From Patescibacteria group bacterium (GTDB lineage: Bacteria > Patescibacteriota > Saccharimonadia > Saccharimonadales > CAYUUR01): a DNA stretch of 64,000 nucleotides. This document shows positions 10,501-19,388 of this stretch, piece by piece. Under the pieces are notes generated by a model, which was not told the origin of the DNA, searched no databases, and worked only from the letters and a program-made list of their open reading frames with translations. Each line of letters starts with the position of its first letter. Position 1 is the first letter of the stretch. The translations under genes and the position numbers were made by a program. The stretch is from NCBI GenBank assembly GCA_052034685.1, contig JBPOIH010000007.1, positions 13,249-77,248 of the forward strand. The letters run 5' to 3'.

Positions 10501-11346
10501 GCTTTCAAGCAAACGAAGTCGCTTCATCAGCTTCTTCTTGCGTTGTCCCTTTGCTTCTGCCGCCTCTTCTTCAAGCGACTTGATAAGTGCTCCAAGGTCA
10601 ACTTCTGTCAGTAGATCACGTAGTGCAGAACCTCCCATACCTACTTCAATGATGTCTTGGTATTCGTCGGGTAGAGCACGGTAGTCGTTCTCGCTGATAA
10701 GGGCCATCTTTACGAGTCCAACAAGCTGAGCCTTAGAAAGGTCAAATGCCTCATTTAGCTCATCAAGTTCTTTGTTCTGAGCTTCAGCCAAGGCCTTAAC
10801 GTCAGAACCTTCTTCTTTTGCTTGTGCCTCGTATCGTAGTTTGATTGCTTCTTTAGCAGCTTCAAACTCGGCTTCTTTGTCTTTGAGGAACTTGTCACGC
10901 TTATCTGTGTCAACAGACTTAATGATGTAACTCGCGAAGTAGACAACTCGCTCCAGGCTCTTAACTGTTGCACCAAGTACGAGACCCATTGCTGATGGTG
11001 TACCACGAAGGAACCAAATGTGTGCAACTGGTGTAGCAAGGCTAATATGACCCATACGTTCACGTCGCACAATGCTCTTGGTTACAAGTTCGCCTTTTTT
11101 GTCGACAGCAGCTTCGCGTGAGCGAACGCCCTTGTACTTAGCATCATGTGGGTTAATGTCTTTGACCGGACCAAAGATCCTCTCACAGAATAGGCCGTCG
11201 CGTTCTGGTTTCTGTGTTCGATAATTGATTGTTTCTGGCTTGGTTACTTCACCGTGTGACCAGTCAAGAATATCTCCTGAGCTGGCAACGGCTAGGCGTA
11301 CCGCGTCAAAATCTGCAATATCTGTTCCGCTTGAGTAACGACGCAT
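7528..11346 (-). CDS. rpoC: RNA polymerase beta' subunit
   Basis: NADFDGD catalytic motif, [33 protein letters not shown]. Confidence 0.99.
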   Translation of the reverse strand: MRRYSSGTDIADFDAVRLAVASSGDILDWSHGEVTKPETINYRTQKPERDGLFCERIFGPVKDINPHDAKYKGVRSREAAVDKKGELVTKSIVRRERMGHISLATPVAHIWFLRGTPSAMGLVLGATVKSLERVVYFASYIIKSVDTDKRDKFLKDKEAEFEAAKEAIKLRYEAQAKEEGSDVKALAEAQNKELDELNEAFDLSKAQLVGLVKMALISENDYRALPDEYQDIIEVGMGGSALRDLLTEVDLGALIKSLEEEAAEAKGQRKKKLMKRLRLLESMDRAGIKPSSLCVSVLPVIPPDLRPMVQLTGGRFATSDLNDLYRRVINRNNRLKKLMDLNAPEVICRNEQRMLQEAVDALIDNSNARSGRAVAATGQRRRLKSLSDMLKGKQGRFRQNLLGKRVDYSGRSVIVAGPELKISQCGLPKMMALELFKPFVIGELIENEHAHNIRSATRMIEAGETPVWDALDKVIQGKYVLLNRAPSLHRLSIQAFQPVLIEGKAIQLHPLVCKGFNADFDGDQMAVHLPLSDAAQDEAKNIMASNKNLLKPADGSPILHIEQDIVLGCYYLTYDRAASEDKKIRGFSGLDEALMALDGGSLSLQTHVRIPFRGVTRETTLGRVLFNEIFPEDFPFQDDAMTKKRLQQVMSQVYENYGQDKTAEIADDLKDLGFTYATVSGLSMGMSDFSDIKGLKEILAEGERKGAEISDQYDQGFITEEERYRLVVETWGKVYATVQETLAAQFANEDSSMSIAVVSGARGNLGQVTTAVGMLGPVADATGRTIELPVKSNYKYGFSPLEYFTATRGARKGMIDTALKTADSGYLTRRLVDVAQDVFTLEEDCEDHGFAIYRSDAKEIGVSYSSRLEGRYAAENIGKIVKKGDAITREKAAAIEADESLDGVRIMSVLSCTSVRGVSRKSYGLDPATGEVVANRHPIGVIAAQSIGEPGTQLTLRTFHSGGSAAADDITQGLPRVEEIFEVRTPKGQAYLSEMAGTVRLWEDGNQYVVEVTSNSKEKVELALKGRTADIEDGAEVSVGDVVATGQNASSPLVVPVAGKIAVRKDKIVITPSDQPTARYEIPGFKQMVVKDGDEVVAGQRLTNGSINLHELMRLQGVEVTQRYIMNEILRIFASQGQNIADKHLEIIVRQMFGRVQIEESGDSEFVTGDIVSKIAVIEENERLVADGKAPAKFVQLLLGITKSSLSTESFLSAASFQDTTRVLIAAATSGKVDHLYGLKENVILGRRIPVGTGYRPELDDPKVASKVTTEA

Positions 11347-14300
11347 TACGCTACCTCCTTCTCTGCTTCATCATCTGAGACGGCTACCGAAGCCTCGTCT
11401 GCATCATCGGATGTATCATCCGCAACTACTGTCGTGGTTGCACTGCCGTGCAGTTCATCGTCAAGTTCCATCATGGCAAACTCGTCTGTGACTGCATCTT
11501 CAGTAATATCGATGTTGTTAATTTCTTCTGTAGGCACAGGAACGTCTGAAATATGTGCTGCTTCGTCTTTGACGTTGTCAGCAAGCACTTCTTCAGCGTC
11601 AATGACAGCATCTGATGTTACGAGGTCAACCTTAAGGCCAAGACCTTGTAGCTCTTTTACAAGCACGTTGAACGATTCAGGGACCTTTGGTCCAACAATC
11701 TCTGTCTTCTTAATGATAGACTCGTAAGCTTTGCTACGACCATACACATCGTCTGACTTGATAGTCAGCATTTCTTGCAAGGTGTTTGATGCGCCGTATG
11801 CTTCGAGCGCCCACACTTCCATTTCTCCAAATCGCTGACCACCGTTTTGCGCCTTACCGCCAAGAGGCTGTTGCGTCACCATGGTGTATGGACCAGTTGA
11901 ACGCGCGTGGATCTTGTCAGTAACCATGTGATTGAGCTTAATCATGTACATACTACCGACGGTAGTGCGTTCCTTGAAGGCTTCACCGGTACGCCCATCA
12001 TAGAGCTGCTGCTTGCCGTCTTCTGGCAGACCAGCCTCTTTGAGGAGTTCTTGGATAGTCGTAATCTTAACACCGTCGAATGATGGACTTGCAACGGTAA
12101 TACCGAGTGCGCGAGCTGCCATACCAAGGTGTGTTTCAAACAGCTGTCCTACGTTCATACGACTTGGCACGCCCAACGGGTTCAACACGATGTCGATTGG
12201 CGTACCATCTTCTGTGAATGGCATGTCTTCAATCGGCATAACGCGGGCGATAACACCCTTGTTACCGTGACGTCCACCAAGCTTATCGCCAACAGAGATC
12301 TTGCGCATTTGAGCCACAAAGACTTGGATCTGCATGATGACACCAGCTTTGAGTTCATGTCCGTTCGCACGTGAGAAGACTTTGACGCCAACAACTTTAC
12401 CGTGCTTACCGTTACTCATACGCTGTGATGTATCACGAACTTCTTTGGCTTTTTCACCAAAGATAGCTCGCAGCAAGCGTTCTTCGCTAGAAAGCTCTTG
12501 TTCGCCCTTTGGCGTAATCTTACCAACCAAGATGTCTCCTGGGTGGACTTCTGCACCAATACGGACAATACCGTCTTCATCAAGGTGACGAAGTGCGTCT
12601 TCTGAAACATTCGGGATATCACGAGTAACAATTTCAGGGCCTAACTTTGTCTCGCGAACTTCCGTCATGTAGTCCACGATATGAACTGATGTCAGCGTGT
12701 CGTCTTCCACGAGTTTACGAGAGATGATGATAGCATCTTCAAAGTTGTAACCACGCCATGGCATGAATGCTACAAAGAGATCCTTGCCAAGTGCCAGTTC
12801 GCCCTTAGAGATCGACATACCTTCGATAAGCACATCGTCTTTTTTAACCTTCTGACCAGCTGTTACGACAACCTTTTGGTTGATGCTAGTGCCTTCGTTG
12901 CTACGAACGTAGTGAAGTGGTTCGTACTTGACGCTGCCGCTCTTGTATTTAACAACTACTTCGTCAGCTGAGGCCCGCGTTACTTCACCGGCGTCTTCAG
13001 CAAGGATCATTTGACCACTGTTACGAGCAACAGCACCTTCTAGACCAGTACCAACAATTGGCGCTTGTGGCTTAATAAGCGGAACAGCTTGACGCTGCTG
13101 GTTACTACCCATCAATGAGCGATACACATAGTTCTTTTCAATGAACGGAATCAGACCGGCTGATGAACCGATAATCTGCTTACGCGATGCATCCATGTGT
13201 GTTACATCGTTAGAATCAACTTCACCTGTCTGCAAGCGGTTACGAGCACTCACGCGCTCACTTACAAAGTAGCCGTTTTCATCAAGTTCTTCAGTAGCGT
13301 TAGCGATGGTCGCTGATTCTTCTGCAGATGCGTCAAGATAGATAACTTCATTTGTTACCTTGGCTCGTACCGGCCATGTTACTTGATTCTTGACGGTTGC
13401 TAGCTTTTTAGCATCTGCATCCGTAATCGTTGCACCAGCCTTGACAATAACTTTACCTTTTTCGTCTTCGAGGTTAACTCGAGCAATATAGCCAGCTGCA
13501 TCTTTAGCAGTAACAGCGTTAACTACTTTACGGTACGGTGTTTCAACCAATCCGTAGTCATTAATTCGAGCATAGCTAGCAAGGTTTAGTACCAAGCCGA
13601 TGTTGGCGCCTTCTGGAGTTTCAACTGCACAGATACGACCGTAGTGGGTGGCATGCGCGTCACGTACTTCAAAACCGGCACGTTCACGAGACAATCCACC
13701 AGGACCCATTGAACTCAGGCGTCGCTTGTGAGCAAGCTCAGACAGTGGGTTAATCTGATCCATGAACTGAGAAAGCTGTGATGAAGCAAAGAATTCACGC
13801 ACCGCAGCAACAATTGGACGAGCATTGATGAGCTGGCCGGGAGTAACCGTCTCAATCTCTGACATGCTCATTCTGTCCTTAGTATTGCGTTCCATACGGA
13901 GCAAACCGATACGGAATTGTCGTTGTACGAGTTCGCCAACCAATTTAACACGACGGTTTGCGAGTGAATCGATATCGTCAGCAGGTTCCTGCGTGTTATT
14001 AAGGCGGATAAGCTCTGCAATAATCGCCGTAAGGTCTTCAAGACGCATAATACGGTTTTCTGCAGTGTTAGGGATGTCGATGTTCAGACGTTTGTTGATC
14101 TTATAACGACCAACACGACTAAAGTCAAAACGCTTGAAGTTATAGAACATGTTTTCTAGTAGACTTCGCGCGTTGTCTACTGTTGCAAGATCACCGGGTC
14201 GCAAGCGACGATAAACTTCAATCAAGGCATCATTTGTGCCACGAGCAGGGTCCTTGTCAAGCGTTGCAGTAATGTGGCTTAGTTTACCCTGATCAACATG

Positions 14301-14933
14301 TGCAAACGTTTCACGCATTTGGTTTTCATTGAGACCAAGCGCACGCAACAGCGTTGTTACTGGTATCTTACGCTTACGGTCAATTTTGACATACAGAGCA
14401 CCGTTCGCGGCGGTCTCAAACTCAAGCCATGCGCCACGGCCAGGAATAACTTTAGCGCCGTAAAGATTAGTAGTACCGTGCATATCGGCAGTAAAGAAAA
14501 CACCAGCAGAACGGATCAGCTGGCTTACAACAACGCGTTCAGCGCCATTAATGATAAACGTACCGCGAGTGGTCATCCATGGGTAATCACCGAGGTAAAT
14601 TTCTTGTTCTTTAACTTCGCCAGTGACTTTATTAGTCAGTTCGACCACTGCCTTAAGCGGTGCGTCATAACTAACATTGTTTTCTCTGGCTTCTGCCTCT
14701 GACATCTTTGGTGTTTCAAAGCGGTAATCCTTGAAACGAAGACTTAGTTTTGTGCCCGTATAGTCATCTATAGGGCTGATTTCACTCAAAAGCTCCCCAA
14801 GACCTTCTTCTACAAACCACTGAAATGATTTGTTCTGATGGTCTACGAGGTTTGGTAGCTTGAGAGCGTCGTCGCTAGTAGTGAAGAAAACGCGTTCCTT
14901 CGATTTGATAAGGTCTGACAAACTCTTGCTCAT
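11346..14933 (-). CDS. rpoB: RNA polymerase beta subunit (start MSKSL at 14933 preferred)
   Basis: SQFMDQ, GDKLGGRHGNKG, GGQRFGEME; GGGAG SD upstream; TAATG overlap with rpoC. Confidence 0.99.
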   Translation of the reverse strand: MSKSLSDLIKSKERVFFTTSDDALKLPNLVDHQNKSFQWFVEEGLGELLSEISPIDDYTGTKLSLRFKDYRFETPKMSEAEARENNVSYDAPLKAVVELTNKVTGEVKEQEIYLGDYPWMTTRGTFIINGAERVVVSQLIRSAGVFFTADMHGTTNLYGAKVIPGRGAWLEFETAANGALYVKIDRKRKIPVTTLLRALGLNENQMRETFAHVDQGKLSHITATLDKDPARGTNDALIEVYRRLRPGDLATVDNARSLLENMFYNFKRFDFSRVGRYKINKRLNIDIPNTAENRIMRLEDLTAIIAELIRLNNTQEPADDIDSLANRRVKLVGELVQRQFRIGLLRMERNTKDRMSMSEIETVTPGQLINARPIVAAVREFFASSQLSQFMDQINPLSELAHKRRLSSMGPGGLSRERAGFEVRDAHATHYGRICAVETPEGANIGLVLNLASYARINDYGLVETPYRKVVNAVTAKDAAGYIARVNLEDEKGKVIVKAGATITDADAKKLATVKNQVTWPVRAKVTNEVIYLDASAEESATIANATEELDENGYFVSERVSARNRLQTGEVDSNDVTHMDASRKQIIGSSAGLIPFIEKNYVYRSLMGSNQQRQAVPLIKPQAPIVGTGLEGAVARNSGQMILAEDAGEVTRASADEVVVKYKSGSVKYEPLHYVRSNEGTSINQKVVVTAGQKVKKDDVLIEGMSISKGELALGKDLFVAFMPWRGYNFEDAIIISRKLVEDDTLTSVHIVDYMTEVRETKLGPEIVTRDIPNVSEDALRHLDEDGIVRIGAEVHPGDILVGKITPKGEQELSSEERLLRAIFGEKAKEVRDTSQRMSNGKHGKVVGVKVFSRANGHELKAGVIMQIQVFVAQMRKISVGDKLGGRHGNKGVIARVMPIEDMPFTEDGTPIDIVLNPLGVPSRMNVGQLFETHLGMAARALGITVASPSFDGVKITTIQELLKEAGLPEDGKQQLYDGRTGEAFKERTTVGSMYMIKLNHMVTDKIHARSTGPYTMVTQQPLGGKAQNGGQRFGEMEVWALEAYGASNTLQEMLTIKSDDVYGRSKAYESIIKKTEIVGPKVPESFNVLVKELQGLGLKVDLVTSDAVIDAEEVLADNVKDEAAHISDVPVPTEEINNIDITEDAVTDEFAMMELDDELHGSATTTVVADDTSDDADEASVAVSDDEAEKEVA

Positions 14934-15073
14934 GTAAAGCAATACTCCCGTGTTATAAATTGATTGTTTTTGGTTACTCTTGCGCGCGAAGACTCTAAGA
15001 GGGGGTTTTAGGTGCTTATCTGTGCTTTTGAGAGGCAACTACAGCACTACCCACTTACCCTACTTCTCGGTGT

Positions 15074-15102
15074 ATTCTATCTATCAATAACACAAGTGTC
15101 AA
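15074..15102 (-). promoter_or_regulatory. sigma70 promoter for rpoBC
   Basis: TTGACA-17 nt-TAGAAT, about 140 nt upstream of the rpoB ATG. Confidence 0.7.
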
Positions 15103-15112
15103 GCGCTTGGCA

Positions 15113-15778
15113 TCAACTCATTGAGATCTGATGTAAGCCACGACCTATCTCTTTGTCGCCAACAATGCCTAAAATTTCAATAAACAAGCGATTCATATTG
15201 GGTGCTTCATAAGCGGTTTGTTCAATAGTAAATTGGCCCAGCCTGAGTGTCTCTGGATCGCTGCGTTGTTCAAATCTGGTTTGGTCAACCAGCTCTTCAA
15301 GGAATTCTTCACCCTTCCAAACATGTATGCTTACTGGTTGATCATTGCACTCACGTAAAGCCAAAGCAGCCATAACATAGGTCATAGCTTGATCGGGTGC
15401 AATCAACTCTCTTATAACTCGGTAACGGTGTGGCAAGAGTTCAGAAACATGGAGTTTAGCTGCGCGCTCTATGCTTCCAATTGGCCAGGGCCGCTTACTC
15501 GATACATTGTCGGCCGTAGTGCAGATCGCATCAAGCCCAGATGCACTGTCATGAACGACAACGCTTCGGTGTGCGTAACGTTGCCGAGAACGGTTGAGTT
15601 CAGTACCAACGGTACGGTTTGGATACGCCCAGTTAAGCGGTTCTGTATTTGCAACCGCTGCACCGCGTTGCACTCCAAGCATTTGAGCATAATAACCAAG
15701 ACGTAATTCTTGCACCTCAGGCCAGTGTTGCTGCATGAGCTCCGCTGGCGTTGTTTCGGCATAAGCTGAGTGTTCCAT
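15113..15778 (-). CDS. Hypothetical protein (221 aa), possibly a degenerate GNAT-like fold
   Basis: ORF fills the clpP-rpoB gap; TACCAT-6 nt-ATG. The fold guess is weak. Confidence 0.6.
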   Translation of the reverse strand: MEHSAYAETTPAELMQQHWPEVQELRLGYYAQMLGVQRGAAVANTEPLNWAYPNRTVGTELNRSRQRYAHRSVVVHDSASGLDAICTTADNVSSKRPWPIGSIERAAKLHVSELLPHRYRVIRELIAPDQAMTYVMAALALRECNDQPVSIHVWKGEEFLEELVDQTRFEQRSDPETLRLGQFTIEQTAYEAPNMNRLFIEILGIVGDKEIGRGLHQISMS

Positions 15779-15819
15779 AATGTTATGGTAGCACAGCCTA
15801 CACGCTGAAACATGAGCGT

Positions 15820-16428
15820 TTACTTTGGCGGGTTGTCTATGATCTTATCGACAATGCCGTATTTGAGTGACTCAGTAGCAGTCATCCACTTATCGCGTTC
15901 CATGTCTTCGTGAATTTTAGCTACTTTTTGACCAGTGTTTTTAGCCATAATCTCTTCAAGTAACTTCTTAACGCGCAGACTTTCACGCAGGTCAATTTCT
16001 TGATCTGTTACTTTTCCACGAGTACCACTGGAAGGCTGATGAACCATCACGGATGCATTTGGCAAGATCATGCGCTTACCTTTGGTGCCGCTGCTTAGTA
16101 TAAATGCTGCTGCACTCGCCTGAATGCCAATGCCGACAGTTTGGATATCACTCTTAACAAAGTTCATAGTGTCGTAGATCGCCAATGCATCATAGACGCT
16201 ACCGCCAGGACTGTTGATATACAGGTATATGTCTTTGCCAGGGTTTTCATTATCAAGAAAGAGCAATTGTGCCACGATAAGGTTAGCAGTATGCGGATTA
16301 ACATCTTCACCCATAAAGATAATACGGTCACGCAACAAACGAGAATATATATCGTAGGCGCGCTCCATGCGACCCTCTGATTCAATTACAGTTGGTATAA
16401 GTGCTGCGTGTGGCGTTTGAGTAGTCAT
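15820..16428 (-). CDS. clpP: ATP-dependent Clp protease proteolytic subunit
   Basis: [19 protein letters not shown]; triad residues in QAS, HQP and ERD. Confidence 0.98.
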   Translation of the reverse strand: MTTQTPHAALIPTVIESEGRMERAYDIYSRLLRDRIIFMGEDVNPHTANLIVAQLLFLDNENPGKDIYLYINSPGGSVYDALAIYDTMNFVKSDIQTVGIGIQASAAAFILSSGTKGKRMILPNASVMVHQPSSGTRGKVTDQEIDLRESLRVKKLLEEIMAKNTGQKVAKIHEDMERDKWMTATESLKYGIVDKIIDNPPK

Positions 16429-16450
16429 AACTCAACTATAGCAAAGCGAA

Positions 16451-16477
16451 TTGGCACTCGTCAAGTGAGAGTGCTAG
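16451..16477. promoter_or_regulatory. CIRCE (HrcA operator) overlapping the clpP promoter
   Basis: TTGGCACTC-N9-GAGTGCTAG, 2 mismatches to TTAGCACTC-N9-GAGTGCTAA; contains -35 TTGACG on the minus strand; -10 TATAGT at 16435-16440. Confidence 0.8.
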
Positions 16478-16767
16478 TTTGTTGTGATAGTCTGTGACAG
16501 TACTTGTGTTACACCTAGCGCGGCTGCTTCGTTCCGGCGTTCAATGTGATCGGCACCGAGATATAAACTTGCTTGAGCAACAAGCGCTGTCATGCCAGCC
16601 CCAATAGTATGAATAACGTCTTGTACTTCTATTGTAGTACTAAGATCATGCTTCACCTCAAGTACCGTCATGGCCACACTAAGCACAGCAGCACCGAGTG
16701 TTGCTATTTTGCCCATAGAACCAAGATCTTCTTGTTGTGCAAGCGTTATTGATGAATATCTTTCCAT
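16474..16767 (-). CDS. Hypothetical small membrane protein (97 aa)
   Basis: Two moderately hydrophobic segments; TATAAT just upstream. Confidence 0.6.
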   Translation of the reverse strand: MERYSSITLAQQEDLGSMGKIATLGAAVLSVAMTVLEVKHDLSTTIEVQDVIHTIGAGMTALVAQASLYLGADHIERRNEAAALGVTQVLSQTITTN

Positions 16768-16816
16768 AAGAAGCCTATTATACCATACATTCCGTATGTG
16801 TCTATACTATTTCACT

Positions 16817-16842
16817 AGCACTAATATACTTGACTAATCAAT
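16817..16842 (+). repeat. Left terminal inverted repeat (contains the -35 TTGACT of the transposase promoter)
   Basis: Exact reverse complement of 21433-21458; TTGACT-17 nt-TAAACT-6 nt-ATG. Confidence 0.93.
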
Positions 16843-16864
16843 AACAGGGGTGTAAACTAAAAGT

Positions 16865-17764
16865 ATGAAGTATCCGACCACCCTCCTTGAAGCAGTTCGC
16901 TACTTTTCTGACCCAGAGGTGTGCGTTTCATATATGGCTAGCTTGCGTTGGCCAGATGGTGCTATTTGCCCCACCTGTGGCCGTACAGACGTAAGCATTC
17001 TGAAAAGTCAGCAACGCTTTCAGTGTAAGTCACGTCACGCTAAACGACAGTTCTCCGTTAAGGTCGGCACCATCTTTGAAGATAGCCCACTCGGACTAGA
17101 TAAATGGCTCCCAGCTGTCTGGATGATCGTTAATTCTAAAAACGGTGTCAGCTCGTACGAAATAGCTCGAGCATTAGGCGTAACTCAAAAGACTGCTTGG
17201 TTTATGGATCATCGCATTCGAGCTGCCATGAAGTATGGTGGCTTTGACAAACTTGACGACCCCGTAGAAGCAGATGAAACCTACATAGGCGGTAAAACCA
17301 CTGAAGAGCGTGGACGGTTTAGCAATAAGTCGGCCGTTATTGGTGTCGTCGAAAAGAAAAAGAATGTTGGCCAAATACGAGCTTTCGCTACTAAACATGC
17401 TGACGCTACGGTAGCACTGCCGTTTTTGCGAGCCCAGCTCAAACAAGGTGCAACCTTGTATACAGACGAAAGCCGAATATACCATCGAGCTAAGTTCGAG
17501 TTTTTTCACGAGTCAGTTAACCACCATGACGGCGAGTATGCCCGTGGCACAGTTTCAACTACGACCATAGATGGTTTTTGGAACTTAATGAAACGCTCCA
17601 TCAAAGGAACATATACCCATGTGTCGGCTGGTCACCTAAACAAATATGTAGACGAGCACACTTATCGCTACAACACCCGTGCACTTAAAGACAGCGAACG
17701 GTTTAACCACTGGTTTAGTACTTGCAACCAGCGACTACTGTACAAAGCTTTAGTAGGTCGTTAA
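16865..17764 (+). CDS. IS1595-family transposase (Zn ribbon, HTH, ISXO2-like DDE domain)
   Basis: LRWPDGAICPTC, FSVKVGTIFEDS, GVTQKTAW, VEADETY, YTDE, VNH...EY, TIDGFW, YVDEHTYRYN. Confidence 0.95.
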   Translation: MKYPTTLLEAVRYFSDPEVCVSYMASLRWPDGAICPTCGRTDVSILKSQQRFQCKSRHAKRQFSVKVGTIFEDSPLGLDKWLPAVWMIVNSKNGVSSYEIARALGVTQKTAWFMDHRIRAAMKYGGFDKLDDPVEADETYIGGKTTEERGRFSNKSAVIGVVEKKKNVGQIRAFATKHADATVALPFLRAQLKQGATLYTDESRIYHRAKFEFFHESVNHHDGEYARGTVSTTTIDGFWNLMKRSIKGTYTHVSAGHLNKYVDEHTYRYNTRALKDSERFNHWFSTCNQRLLYKALVGR

Positions 17765-17787
17765 TACTTCAGCCCATGAAGTATTAA
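17761..17787. repeat. Perfect 11-bp inverted repeat at the transposase stop
   Basis: TTAATACTTCA-GCCCA-TGAAGTATTAA. Confidence 0.7.
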
Positions 17788-17937
17788 GCTCAATACCTAA
17801 CAGATATAAGTACACTTCTTCTTATTCCTTTTTTCTTTATAAATAAAGTGGAGCATTTTCTTTTTCTTTCTTCTCGCTATACAGTGGGTAGTAACGTGAG
17901 TGTATGGTGGTAGCTTGCAGTAGATGAGGCAATCGCT

Positions 17938-18828
17938 ATGGACAGTAAAACTAGACTAACTAAACAGCAATTCGATTTACTCAGATTCATATATTCACAT
18001 AGGTTTGTAACGACGAAACAGGTACAAAGATATCTAGCTAAGAGCCATATTCAGGAAGCACAGCAAAGACTAAATACTTTACTAGCTAAACAGTATATTG
18101 GTCGCAGATACAGTAGCGATGACAAGTTACTTGGACGCTACGCTAGCTACTTTCTCTTACCGGACGGCATGGAACTTATTAAAGGCCATGCCGACCTTAA
18201 AGCCCTACGACTGATGCATAAAGATCCGACTGCTTCTCAGCGATTCATTGACCACAATATTGCCGTTGGGGATGTAGCCGCAGACATAAAACATATGCTC
18301 AAAGACGTACTGGATGAAGTAGATTTCCATACCAAGACCGATATTATGTACCAGTCCAGAGTTGAATACGAAAGTAATTGGGACGGCAGTGATGACTTTG
18401 AGGTTATGACCGATTTCTACACCAAGCCAATGCCAGACGGCCATTTACAAGGCTGGCCAGTTGACTACGAAAATGTAACTTTTATCGGCTTTTTTGTTGA
18501 GGTATGGCACGACAGCGTACCGTTCTGGGTCTACCGCAAACGAATACAGTATCTTATTGAATACACCGACGACGAAACCTGGCAGGAATATAACAGTGGT
18601 AGTGACACTCCACCCTTTTTGCTAGTTTGCGACAATCCAACCTTACAACGGCGTGTGCAGCGATATCTACGCAGAATTTACGATAGTGTAAGTCATGACT
18701 ACCAATTCTTAGTCACAAACCGACAGTTATTAGCTGAAGCCAAAAGTAACGATGCTATTTGGACAAGAGTGGACGATGAAGTTACAGAGACTATACAGTT
18801 GACGGATGTGCCGGAGGGGTATGAGTAG
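17938..18828 (+). CDS. Replication-relaxation (Replic_Relax)-like protein: wHTH plus PD-(D/E)xK-like domain
   Basis: N-terminal HRFVTTKQV...RLNTL...YFLLPDG, HNIAVGD, PDG, FFVEV and a C-terminal PFLLVC pattern recalled for this family. Confidence 0.75.
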   Translation: MDSKTRLTKQQFDLLRFIYSHRFVTTKQVQRYLAKSHIQEAQQRLNTLLAKQYIGRRYSSDDKLLGRYASYFLLPDGMELIKGHADLKALRLMHKDPTASQRFIDHNIAVGDVAADIKHMLKDVLDEVDFHTKTDIMYQSRVEYESNWDGSDDFEVMTDFYTKPMPDGHLQGWPVDYENVTFIGFFVEVWHDSVPFWVYRKRIQYLIEYTDDETWQEYNSGSDTPPFLLVCDNPTLQRRVQRYLRRIYDSVSHDYQFLVTNRQLLAEAKSNDAIWTRVDDEVTETIQLTDVPEGYE

Positions 18829-18854
18829 AGGCGAGACATAGTATAATTACCTCT

Positions 18855-19388
18855 ATGAACGCATATCATATAACTGGCGCATCGGGTTCGGGCAAAAGTC
18901 ATGTTGGACGTGAGCTCGGTAAAAGAGGCTTTCGTGTAATCGAGACTGACTTTGAGCCAGGCTTAAGCGATTGGGCTCACAAAGAAACTCGACAAAGGGC
19001 TGAGGAACCGAGACAACCATTTCCAACTGAATGGGTTGAAGCACACGGTTGGTACTGGGACAGAGATAAAATGCATGAACTCGTTGAAGGCACTGGCGAT
19101 GTTCCAGTATTCTTCGTGGGTGGGGCTCACAATGAAACAGAGTTCTATCCGCTATTCCGAAAACGTTTTGGTTTATTTATAGATGATAAAGACGAGCTGA
19201 CCAGAAGGCTGCAGGAGCGTGAACCGGAAAGATGGATTGACGGTTCGCAAGAGCTTACGAATGTACTGGAATGGAATGACAAATCCAGAGCATTCAATGA
19301 GCAGCACGGTGCGATATCCATAGACAGCTCACAACCTGTTGAAACTATTGCCGACGTTATACTTAAGCATGTAGACGGAGATACGTAA
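18855..19388 (+). CDS. P-loop small-molecule/nucleotide kinase (shikimate/NMP kinase-like)
   Basis: ITGASGSGKS Walker A, IETD, RRLQER lid, IDSSQPVE C-terminus. Confidence 0.8.
   Translation: MNAYHITGASGSGKSHVGRELGKRGFRVIETDFEPGLSDWAHKETRQRAEEPRQPFPTEWVEAHGWYWDRDKMHELVEGTGDVPVFFVGGAHNETEFYPLFRKRFGLFIDDKDELTRRLQEREPERWIDGSQELTNVLEWNDKSRAFNEQHGAISIDSSQPVETIADVILKHVDGDT

Noticed and set aside
1772-14702. Many 60-150 aa antisense or out-of-frame ORFs inside tuf, fusA, rpoC and rpoB (and similarly inside other large genes)
   Set aside because: Shadow ORFs expected from codon bias; no motifs or initiation signals.
14934-15038. Longest-ORF start extensions for rpoB (also rpsG, rsmD, gatC, malic enzyme, S66 peptidase)
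   Set aside because: Downstream ATGs match family N-termini and have SD, -10 or coupling signals.
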